Position numbers and translations under genes: made by a program
Part shown: positions 6,788-14,075 of the stretch, in pieces
How positions within the stretch are numbered: the first letter of the stretch is position 1
How the letters are laid out: each line of letters opens with the position of its first letter
Source: Cyanobacteriota bacterium
GTDB lineage: Bacteria > Cyanobacteriota > Cyanobacteriia > PCC-6307 > Cyanobiaceae
Length of the DNA: 34,789 bases
Assembly: GCA_046081805.1 (NCBI GenBank)
Contig: JBJTWP010000031.1
Span: 1 to 34,789, forward strand
Direction of reading: 5' to 3'
The notes under the pieces: generated by a model
What the model was told of the DNA's origin: nothing
The model's input: only the letters and a program-made list of their open reading frames with translations
The model's database searches: none

Positions 6788-7713
6788 CCCTGCCGGCGGT
6801 GCTGATCGAGGCCTTTGCCCCAGGCCCCTGCCAGGGCAATGGTGCCGCCGTGGTGCGCCTGGCCACCCCGCTCGCGGATGGGGCCCTGCAGGCCATCGCC
6901 ACCAGCCTGCGCCAGTCCGAAACGGCCTTTCTGCTGCACCGGGCCGGCCAGTGGCTGCTGCGCTGGTTCACCCCCTGCTGCGAGGTGCCGCTCTGCGGCC
7001 ACGCCACCCTGGCCGCGCTCCTGGCGCTGGCCCACTGGGGGGAGCTGGCGCCGGGGGACAGCCTCACCTTCCACAGCCGCAGCGGCCCATTGGCCGTGCG
7101 CCTCCATGGCCAGCGGCCTGGCTGTGGCTCGCTCGTGCTGCCGGCGCCGCCGCTGCAGCCCGCCGCCCTCCCCAACCACCTGGAGGCTCTGCTGGCAGAG
7201 CGCTGCGGCGTGCAGGTGGAGGCCTTCTGGACCAGCCGGCTGGGCTATGCGGTGGCGCTGCTGCCCCAGGGCAGCGGATTGGAGCCCCTGGACGGCCTGG
7301 CGGAGCCGCTCCGCGATGCCCCCTGGGCCGGGCTGGTGGTGATGGCCGCCACCGCACCGGATCAGCAACCCCCGCTGCCTTTGGTGCAGGGTCTGCCGCC
7401 CAGCTATCAGCTGCGCTTCTTTGCGCCGGCCCTCGGGATTCCGGAAGACCCGGTCACCGGCTCGGCCCATGCGTTGGTGGCGCCGTACTGGCTGGCCCGT
7501 ACCGGTCGCTCCGAGGTGGCGGGCTGGCAGCCCTCGGCGCGAGCGGGTGGGATGGTCTGCAGCGCGGCTTCATCAGGCATGATCCGTCTGCTCGGTACTG
7601 GCCATCTGCTGTGGGACGGCGCGCTCCACTTCGGACCTTCCGGCGCTGGGCCGTCGTCCAGTGGCGACAGCGACGCCGTGGCTGGCTGGGAGGCCTTGCA
7701 TCCCCTAGGCTGA
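6784..7713 (+). CDS. PhzF-family isomerase-like protein
   Basis: The GTG at 6784 overlaps the gpsA stop (GTGA). Motifs: AFAPGPCQGNGAAVV, SETAFL, RWFTPCCEVPLCGHATLA, FFAPALGIPEDPVTGSAH. Confidence 0.75.
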   Translation: MTLPAVLIEAFAPGPCQGNGAAVVRLATPLADGALQAIATSLRQSETAFLLHRAGQWLLRWFTPCCEVPLCGHATLAALLALAHWGELAPGDSLTFHSRSGPLAVRLHGQRPGCGSLVLPAPPLQPAALPNHLEALLAERCGVQVEAFWTSRLGYAVALLPQGSGLEPLDGLAEPLRDAPWAGLVVMAATAPDQQPPLPLVQGLPPSYQLRFFAPALGIPEDPVTGSAHALVAPYWLARTGRSEVAGWQPSARAGGMVCSAASSGMIRLLGTGHLLWDGALHFGPSGAGPSSSGDSDAVAGWEALHPLG

Positions 7714-7721
7714 CGCGCCTG

Positions 7722-8666
7722 GTGCTCTCCCGCCGTCTGTGGCTCGGTGGCCCCATGGCCCTGAGTGCCGTGGCGGTCGGCTTTGCCGCCCAGTCCCTGG
7801 CTCCCCAGCCCTACAGCAGCAACAGCAGCCACCTCGAGCTGCTGGAGGCCCTGGTGGAGGCGCCAGCGCCCGCCAGGGCCGCAGACACCCGGCAGGAGGC
7901 CGAGTCGCTGCGCCAGGTCCAGAGCCAGCGGCTGGGGCTGCAGGAGCCTGCCATCGGCCAGCCGCTCGAGCTCGAGATCCGCGTGGCCCTGTTGGGGGCC
8001 GGAGCATCCGCCAGCCTCAGTGCCGACGCCCCGTGGCAACTGCTCGACCGCGCAGGACGGGTGCTGGGCCAGGGCCAGGCAGGAGAAGCCGTGCCCAGCG
8101 GCTGGGAGGCAATGGCTGCCGAAGCCTGGCTTCAGGCTCCGGGGGGGCATCTGCTGGTCGATGGCCAGCCTTACCCCGGGCGGTTGCGCCTGATCCGTGA
8201 CGGCGAGGGCCTCAGCCTGGTGAACCACCTGCCACTGGAAACCTACGTGGCCTCCGTCGTCGGAGCTGAAATGCCCAGCGGCTGGGAGATGGAGGCCCTG
8301 CGGGCCCAGGCCGTTGCCGCCCGGTCCTACGCCCTGGCCCACATGGCACGCCCCGCCAGCCGCCACTGGCATCTCGGCGACACCACCCGCTGGCAGGCCT
8401 ACCGCGGCCTGAACAGCAGCACCAGCCGCACGCGTCAGGCCGCCTCCAGCACCGTGGGGCTGATCCTCAGCTACCAGGGCGGCATCGTCGAGAGTCTCTA
8501 CGCCGCCAACCGCCAGATCAGCCTGGAGGCCCATGGCCATCTGGGCGCCAGCATGAGCCAGCACGGCGCCCAGGCCCTCGCCAAGCAGGGGCTTCGCTAC
8601 AACGACATTCTCGGTCGCTTTTACCAGGGAGCCTCCCTGGCCCGCCTGAAGGCCGGTGCGCGCTGA
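7722..8666 (+). CDS. SpoIID/LytB-domain protein (secreted)
   Basis: LPLETYVASVVGAEMPSGWEMEALRAQAVAARSYAL...; the GTG at 7722 gives an RR-containing signal-like N-terminus (VLSRRLWLGGPMALSAVAVGFAAQSLA). The longer ORF from 6951 lies out of frame across the phzF-like gene and is rejected. Confidence 0.7.
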   Translation: MLSRRLWLGGPMALSAVAVGFAAQSLAPQPYSSNSSHLELLEALVEAPAPARAADTRQEAESLRQVQSQRLGLQEPAIGQPLELEIRVALLGAGASASLSADAPWQLLDRAGRVLGQGQAGEAVPSGWEAMAAEAWLQAPGGHLLVDGQPYPGRLRLIRDGEGLSLVNHLPLETYVASVVGAEMPSGWEMEALRAQAVAARSYALAHMARPASRHWHLGDTTRWQAYRGLNSSTSRTRQAASSTVGLILSYQGGIVESLYAANRQISLEAHGHLGASMSQHGAQALAKQGLRYNDILGRFYQGASLARLKAGAR

Positions 8667-9504
8667 GCGCTATTGGCAGCAGGCCCTGGCCAGGGCTGGA
8701 ACGGCCCTCGCCCACGGGGCGCTCGTGCCCCTTGCCACCGAGCTGGTGGAGAGGCCTGGCCTGGAGCCCTTCCAGCTGCGCCGCCTGCTCAGCCGCACCC
8801 CCAAGCACCTGCGCGGTGGTGGCCCCAGACCCAATCCCTTTCTGCCGTGGGATCGCCAGCTGGAGGTGGCCCGTCCCCAGCCGGGCCATATCCTGCTGCT
8901 GAACAAATATCCGGTGCAGCCAGGCCATGTGCTGCTGATCACCGATCACTGGGCTCCCCAGGCTGGCTGGCTGGATTCCGAGGATTGGGCTGCGGTGGCG
9001 ACGGTGGCCCGCGACACCGGTGGACTGTGGTTCTTCAACAGTTGCACCGCCGCCGGCGCCAGCCAACCCCACCGCCATCTCCAGCTGCTGCCCCGGGCTG
9101 AGGGCGCCTCCAGCTGCCCGCTGGCCGAGGCCTTTCAGGCCGCCCTGGACCAGGCCGGGGATTGCGGCGCCAGTGATCGGTTCCCCTGGGCCCTGCGACT
9201 CAGTCGCCGTCGTGAACGGGGCGATCCTGCCGAACTACAGCGCCTGTATCTCCGCCATCTGGCCGCCTTGGCCGTGGGCGATCCAGCCACGGATGACGGT
9301 CCGCGCCACCCCTACAACCTGCTGTTTGACGACCACTGGTTTCTGACCGTGCGGCGCTGCCGGGAACATGCGGCCGGCTTCAGCGTCAATGCCCTGGGAT
9401 TTGCCGGCTACCTGCTCCAGACCGAGCAGTCCAGCCTCGACTGGCTCGATCGGCATGGTCCCTGGGCCCTGCTCCAGGCGGTCGCAGCAGCGGAACTGCC
9501 CTGA
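8656..9504 (+). CDS. ATP adenylyltransferase / Ap4A phosphorylase II-like protein
   Basis: GALVPLATELV..., NPFLPWD, LLLNKYPVQPGHVLLIT, SQPHRHLQLLP (HxHxQ). The GTG start overlaps the preceding stop by 11 nt. Confidence 0.7.
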   Translation: MRAERYWQQALARAGTALAHGALVPLATELVERPGLEPFQLRRLLSRTPKHLRGGGPRPNPFLPWDRQLEVARPQPGHILLLNKYPVQPGHVLLITDHWAPQAGWLDSEDWAAVATVARDTGGLWFFNSCTAAGASQPHRHLQLLPRAEGASSCPLAEAFQAALDQAGDCGASDRFPWALRLSRRRERGDPAELQRLYLRHLAALAVGDPATDDGPRHPYNLLFDDHWFLTVRRCREHAAGFSVNALGFAGYLLQTEQSSLDWLDRHGPWALLQAVAAAELP

Positions 9505-9596
9505 TCCAACAACGTCCTTTCCAAGCAAGTTCCGTAATTTCACGGTTGCGGGACCAGGCGGTGCCATCCCTGAGTGAAAGGAGCCCCGATCGGGCT

Positions 9597-9613
9597 GCCG
9601 CTCTGCGGCTTTT
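9597..9613 (+). terminator. Weak hairpin plus T-run downstream of the Ap4A phosphorylase-like gene
   Basis: gccgc-tct-gcggc (9597-9609) is followed by tttt (9610-9613). The stem is only 5 bp, so this call is tentative. Confidence 0.25.
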
Positions 9614-9632
9614 ATCTTGATCTCTATCTCTC

Positions 9633-10361
9633 ATGTCTATCGCATGTCAGGCGGTTCAACGCCGCAATGGTCGTGTGGATCGCTATCGGCAGCTTGTGCG
9701 TCCCATTGCTCTGCATTACGCCAACTGCTGCGCTGAACCCCTCGACGACCTGATCCAAGTGGGACTGCTGGGCCTGCTGAGGGCCTCCGAGCTCTACAGC
9801 GAGACCAGCTCAACTCCCTTCTCGGCCTTCGCCAGGCCCCATATTCGTGGAGCCATCCTTCACTACCTGCGCGATGTCGCCCCACCGATCCGCCTGCCGC
9901 GCAGGGTCAGCGAGCTGCTCGACCTGCGGCGCCGCTGCGTCAGGCAGCTCAGTCCAGCCCAGCCTGCCGCCGTCGCCGATGAGGAGCTGAGGCTGGCCAT
10001 GGGGCTCAGCACCGCCCAGTGGCAGCGGCTGGAGCAGGCCCGGCGGATCAATCAGCTGTCCTGTCTGGCCGACCAGCCGGAGCAGGCCTGGAACCTCGCG
10101 CAGCAGGGGGCCAGTGACGCCAGGGACTGGGACCATCAGGCCCTGGAGGCCCTGCAGCAGCTGGAGCCCAAACTGGCCGACGTGGTCAGGGCTGTGGTCC
10201 TGCGTGGCTGGAGCTACCGCCATGCCGCCGCCCAGCTCGCCGTGAGTCCGATGACCATCCAGCGCCGTCTGCATCGCGGCCTGGCCGAGCTGCGGAAGCA
10301 GCTGGGGGTCACTCCGCCGGCTGCCTGGTGTCCCGAGCCATCTGCCGCTCCAGGGTGCTGA
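9633..10361 (+). CDS. Sigma-70 family RNA polymerase sigma factor, group 3 (SigF/FliA-like)
   Basis: Region 2: DDLIQVGLLGLLRASELYSETSSTPFSAFARPHIRGAILHYLRD. Region 4.2 HTH: WSYRHAAAQLAVSPMTIQRRLHRGLAELRKQL. There is no region 1.1/1.2 extension. Confidence 0.8.
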   Translation: MSIACQAVQRRNGRVDRYRQLVRPIALHYANCCAEPLDDLIQVGLLGLLRASELYSETSSTPFSAFARPHIRGAILHYLRDVAPPIRLPRRVSELLDLRRRCVRQLSPAQPAAVADEELRLAMGLSTAQWQRLEQARRINQLSCLADQPEQAWNLAQQGASDARDWDHQALEALQQLEPKLADVVRAVVLRGWSYRHAAAQLAVSPMTIQRRLHRGLAELRKQLGVTPPAAWCPEPSAAPGC

Positions 10362-10419
10362 TGGCCGCATCCACGGCGGCCAGCTGACGCTCCAGGCCAT
10401 CACGCCAGTAGCGCAGCAT
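10309..10419 (-). CDS. Possible small coiled-coil protein (36 aa; a 63-aa version is possible from ATG 10500)
   Basis: MLRYWRDGLERQLAAVDAAISTLERQMARDTRQPAE starts with ATG (complement 10417-10419) and looks heptad-like. Its 3' end overlaps the sigma gene's 3' end by 53 nt. Support is weak. Confidence 0.3.
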   Translation of the reverse strand: MLRYWRDGLERQLAAVDAAISTLERQMARDTRQPAE

Positions 10420-10710
10420 CCTCAGCTTGCGTTCCTGGTGCTGGGTCCAGGGGTCGTGTCGGTCGCCGCCGGAGCCGCAGCAGGCGAATGGGGGGAACAT
10501 GGGAAAATGCGGAGGTATGGCTCTGGTTTTAGCCAGGCGTATTGGTCGTTCGCGTGTCGTCTCTCACCCCCAGCAATGGCAGAGCAGCACGCGGTTGAGC
10601 CAAGGACATCAGTAGCTTCTCGGGGGTCTGCTGACCAGGGGATCGGGGGGTTTGTGACCAAGCTGACCCAGCGTGATCGCAGCACGAGACGAGTCAGCCC
10701 ATCTGGTCTC

Positions 10711-12285
10711 ATGCGACCCGCTCTTGTGATCCTGGTGGCCCTGGCCCCCCTCCAGCTGCTCCCCGCCAGGGCGTTCGTCGCCTTGATGGCCGGTCAGTCT
10801 GCCCGTCCCTTGGGGGGCACGTTCAACAACGTCCCCGTGCTCCACTCCAACCAGCCGGAGGAGGTGGAGGGGCCGGGCATCCTGATCAACACAGCCCCCG
10901 GCATGGCCTATGCCAGCGAAGCTGATGGTGGCCAGGCGCTCAACAATGCGGAGTTCACCTTTAATGGTGAGTTCGGGGTGCATCTGCATCACAAGTATTT
11001 CCCGCCCTATCGCAGCAGCATTCGTGCGTCTCAGCGACGCACCGAGCTCACCGTCGGACTGATCCTGATCAATCCGGGCTATCAGCCGGTGTCGCTCCGC
11101 TTTGAAAGCGGTGCCGTTCGCAACAGTTTTGAGGCGCCCTATCTCGGCAATGCCAAGGTCGGGGTCCGCCCCCTTGGCCCTCGCCCCTGGAACACCGGCC
11201 CCGGGGATGCCACCGCCGTCCAGATGCTGCGGGGCCAGCTGGACCGACGCCTGCAGGATGAGGTGGTGATACCCCCGAGGGGCCGTCTGGTGCTGTTCAG
11301 CACGGAAATTCCAGCCCTTGGCATCGCCAACGCCCTGCTCAAGGGCCGCAGCAGCGGACCGTTCCAGATGGCCACCGTAGCGGCGCTCAATCCCCTCAGC
11401 GAGGCTGATCTGCTGGCGGTTCTTGATGAGGGCCGCCTCGCACCCGGTCGGGTCTACCTGAACCGGATTGGCGAGATCAACGCGCGCCGAATCTTTTCCC
11501 GAGTTGGTGGCGTCGCCCTTGGCGACAGCTACACGGCTTCAATCAGCCACGATCTCAGCAGTCAAGGGCCGCTTCACGTACCCCTCACCAGCACCAAACG
11601 CCATCACTTCAGTACCCGCGACGTGCAGGTGAATCCCCTGGCCAGTCGGATGCTGGATTCGTCCCTCGACAATGTGGGCACCTACGGCGTCCGCTTCGAT
11701 GTCGACCTCGACCTGAGGGGTTACGGCCCCTACGAGCTGGTGCTCAGCCATCCGGCGCCGATGGGTGGCAAGCCCTTCATCGCCTTTCGCGGCTCCCTGC
11801 AGGTGCGCACCCTGGATGGTCTGCAGGAGATGCATGTCGGCCTGCGTTCGGGCCAGAGCCTGCCGCTCACCAGCTTGAACCTCCGGCCAGGGCAGCCCAA
11901 TCCGGTCCGGATCAGCCTGGTCTACCCCGCCGACGCCACCCCGGGCCATCTGCTCAGTGTGGTTCCGGAGTCCCAGCTGGCCAGGCTGCGGGATCAGGAG
12001 CGTCAGGTGGAGCTTGCCCGTGTCACTGCCGGCAATCAACCGACGACCCCCAACCAACTGCCGCCGCCGGCGGAGCTCGTGCCCCTCACCAGCCAGCCCA
12101 ACCCGCCGGTGGTGCTGGCCCCAGGCCTGGTGGATGACCTGCCGGCCATCCCACGGCCGCCACTGGGCCTGCAGCTGGCCCCCCCGCTGATGGCGCCTCC
12201 CCGTGCTGATCAGACCCTGGTGGAGCGCTACCAGCAGGCGCTGGAGGCGCAGCAGCAGCGGATGCGCGGCCTGATGCAGTACTGA
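10711..12285 (+). CDS. DUF3370-like cyanobacterial secreted protein with Pro-rich/coiled C-terminal tail
   Basis: The ATG at 10711 gives the signal-like MRPALVILVALAPLQLLPARA, followed by NNVPVLHSNQPEEVEGPGILINT...FNGEFGVHLHHKYF, as I remember for DUF3370. In-frame alternative starts lie at 10576 (ATG) and 10651 (GTG). Confidence 0.6.
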   Translation: MRPALVILVALAPLQLLPARAFVALMAGQSARPLGGTFNNVPVLHSNQPEEVEGPGILINTAPGMAYASEADGGQALNNAEFTFNGEFGVHLHHKYFPPYRSSIRASQRRTELTVGLILINPGYQPVSLRFESGAVRNSFEAPYLGNAKVGVRPLGPRPWNTGPGDATAVQMLRGQLDRRLQDEVVIPPRGRLVLFSTEIPALGIANALLKGRSSGPFQMATVAALNPLSEADLLAVLDEGRLAPGRVYLNRIGEINARRIFSRVGGVALGDSYTASISHDLSSQGPLHVPLTSTKRHHFSTRDVQVNPLASRMLDSSLDNVGTYGVRFDVDLDLRGYGPYELVLSHPAPMGGKPFIAFRGSLQVRTLDGLQEMHVGLRSGQSLPLTSLNLRPGQPNPVRISLVYPADATPGHLLSVVPESQLARLRDQERQVELARVTAGNQPTTPNQLPPPAELVPLTSQPNPPVVLAPGLVDDLPAIPRPPLGLQLAPPLMAPPRADQTLVERYQQALEAQQQRMRGLMQY

Positions 12286-12296
12286 ACCCGCCAACC

Positions 12297-13367
12297 GTGA
12301 AGCCGCTGGCTGCGCGTCAACGCATCAGCCTGGAGCTCCCGGCTGATCTGCTCAAGCGCCTCGATGCGCTCAGGCGGGAATGGGGCCTGCGCAGCCGGGG
12401 CGACCTGTTTCAACGTTTGCTGGAAACGGGGCTCTCTGCCGGGACCACCGCTGAGGGCGATCCAGCGGTCGCCCCCCTGGAGCAGCACGACAGCGAGTTT
12501 GACGAACAGGGGGCCCTGGTTCTTGTGGCCCGTCGCGGCCGCTCCGGACTGGAGGCCGATTTCGAGGCCGCGCCAGTTCCCCCCTCCGACCCACCGCCCG
12601 ATCCTGCTGCCGACCCAGCTGCCGATCCAGCTGCCGGCCCACCTGCCGAGGCGGCGCAGCGCAGGGACGCCATTGACCTGCCTGGCTTTGTCCGTCGTCA
12701 GTCCAGCCAGCTCAAGCAGAGCATCGAGCCGCGCATCCATCCCCCGATCGAGCCGCGCAGCCATCCCCCGGAGGTGGGGGAGGTGTTGCCGATCGTGGGT
12801 GGTGAGCAGCTTGAGCGGGCCCTGATCACGGCCCAGGACCATTGGCGCCATCTCTACGGCAGTTCTCCCAATGACGCCGTCCTCGATGCCGCGATGCAGT
12901 GGTTGGCCCAGGAGATTTGGCCCCAGTCCGATCAAAGCGATGGTCGGCTGTTCTCCTGGTCGTTGGCCCTGCAGGTGGTACGGGGCTTTTGTCCAGACCT
13001 GGCCGAAGGCCCCGCCAGTTTCGCGCGGGTGGTGGTGGTGGCAGGTTTGCTGGAAGATCCCTTCAGTGCCAGCACCCTTGACCTGCGCGTGCCCACCTTG
13101 ATCCGGCGCTTCGTGCATCGACTCCGCAAGGGTCGCCGGCAAACCCTGTTCCAGACCCTGGAGCACACAATGACCCTCCATGGCGCGCTCAAGCTGCTCC
13201 GACTCCCGACCGAGCCCGGCCATCGGCTCAGCCTGCGGGAAATCCGCGAGGCCTACCGCCAGCTGGCGCTGGAAACCCATCCCGACAGCGGCGGCTCCAC
13301 CGAATCCATGCGCCGGCTCAACGAGGCCTACCAACTGCTGAAGGAGCTGTACCGCACAGCGGACTGA
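12297..13367 (+). CDS. J-domain (DnaJ-like) protein with ribbon-helix-helix-like N-terminus
   Basis: C-terminus: LSLREIREAYRQLALETHPDSGGSTESMRRLNEAYQLLKELY (HPD motif). N-terminus: ISLELPADLLKRLDALRREWGLRSRGDLFQRLL (CopG/Arc-like pattern). A Pro/Ala-rich linker carries in-frame tandem repeats. The GTG start lies 11 nt after the DUF3370 stop. Confidence 0.75.
   Translation: MKPLAARQRISLELPADLLKRLDALRREWGLRSRGDLFQRLLETGLSAGTTAEGDPAVAPLEQHDSEFDEQGALVLVARRGRSGLEADFEAAPVPPSDPPPDPAADPAADPAAGPPAEAAQRRDAIDLPGFVRRQSSQLKQSIEPRIHPPIEPRSHPPEVGEVLPIVGGEQLERALITAQDHWRHLYGSSPNDAVLDAAMQWLAQEIWPQSDQSDGRLFSWSLALQVVRGFCPDLAEGPASFARVVVVAGLLEDPFSASTLDLRVPTLIRRFVHRLRKGRRQTLFQTLEHTMTLHGALKLLRLPTEPGHRLSLREIREAYRQLALETHPDSGGSTESMRRLNEAYQLLKELYRTAD
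12600..12647 (+). repeat. 4 x 12-bp in-frame tandem repeat (DPAA/GPPA units) inside the J-domain gene
   Basis: gatcctgctgcc gacccagctgcc gatccagctgcc ggcccacctgcc. Confidence 0.9.
12723..12770 (+). repeat. 2 x 24-bp in-frame tandem repeat (IEPRIHPP / IEPRSHPP) inside the J-domain gene
   Basis: atcgagccgcgcatccatcccccg / atcgagccgcgcagccatcccccg, one mismatch. Confidence 0.9.
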
Positions 13368-13369
13368 GG

Positions 13370-13400
13370 GGCGCCGCGGGCGGTCCGCGAGTCCAGCGCC
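13370..13400 (+). terminator. GC-rich nested hairpin directly after the J-domain stop (possible terminator, no U-tract)
   Basis: ggcgc-cgcgg-gcggt-ccgcg-agtcca-gcgcc gives 5+5 bp with an asymmetric bulge. Confidence 0.3.
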
Positions 13401-13950
13401 AACCGCCGCTGCTGCAACGGTAGCCTCAACCGCGACCGCAACATGATCATCTGCCTCGAATGGGACCCGGTATAAGTCTATATGCAAGTCCCATCCGGGA
13501 TGATAGATCCAGCACCCCGTCGCCACCCCGCTGCCCTGGGCCCGATGGGCGCCTCTGCCGCGATCCCCATCAGCCCGACTGAGACACAGTCTTGGTCTGC
13601 TTTCAAGAATCATTGAATACCAGCAAGACTTGGGCTTAAGACTGGGCCTTGCGTCCGGCGCCAGCGGCCATCTCTGCCGCTCCCAGCCGTGTCCCACGTC
13701 CTATCCCTCTCTTATCCGCTGGCCCCGTTCCCTGCGGCCGTCGCCTTCCCCTCAAGTCCCCGGCCTCGCCCTACGCGGCCGGCTTGGCCAGAGGCCCTGT
13801 CCTGGCTGTGTCCAGGCCGCTGTCCAAGGCAGTGGACAACCCAGCAGAACCATCTGCTCATGGACATTTTCAGCTCTGCGTATCTGTGTGTATCGCAGGT
13901 ACGCAAGCCAAGGACGGCCGCCATGGGCAGGCTTCCGTCACCCGCTCCCG

Positions 13951-13979
13951 TCTCCTCTCCTTCCCTCTTCTTTTTCCCT
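13951..13979 (+). other. 29-nt pure pyrimidine tract (polypurine on the minus strand)
   Basis: tctcctctccttccctcttctttttccct; the pyrimidine-rich run extends back to ~13932 with a few purines. Confidence 0.95.
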
Positions 13980-13992
13980 GCCTGGAGGCTGA

Positions 13993-14008
13993 GTGGATCG
14001 GTGGATCG
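13993..14008. repeat. 2 x 8-bp tandem repeat gtggatcg
   Basis: gtggatcg gtggatcg; a related ccggtggatc occurs again at ~14205. Confidence 0.9.
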
Positions 14009-14027
14009 GTTGTCTCTGGCGCCCCCA

Positions 14028-14075
14028 AGGCATGGCACAGCTGAGGCATGGCGATTTCAAGGCATGGCGCCCAGG
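14028..14075. repeat. Three 16-bp periodic units sharing the 9-mer aggcatggc
   Basis: aggcatggcacagctg / aggcatggcgatttca / aggcatggcgcccagg, starting at 14028, 14044 and 14060. Confidence 0.9.

Noticed and set aside
13461-13499. Apparent pseudoknot: tgggac/gtccca and cccgg/ccggg arranged in crossing order.
   Set aside because: The connecting loops would be 0 nt and 1 nt, which is sterically implausible for an H-type pseudoknot. The complementarity is more likely chance in a short region.
12228-13697. 489-aa minus-strand ORF.
   Set aside because: It is antisense to the J-domain gene for most of its length. Its composition is dominated by G/A/R/P/L, and it has no recognisable domain or sensible start context.
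13880-13893. NtcA-like site GTA-N8-TAT (ATA-N8-TAC on the other strand) upstream of a 51-codon minus-strand ORF (MSMSRWFCWVVHC...).
   Set aside because: Only one half-site is canonical, there is no properly spaced TAN3T -10 box, and the downstream ORF has implausible composition.
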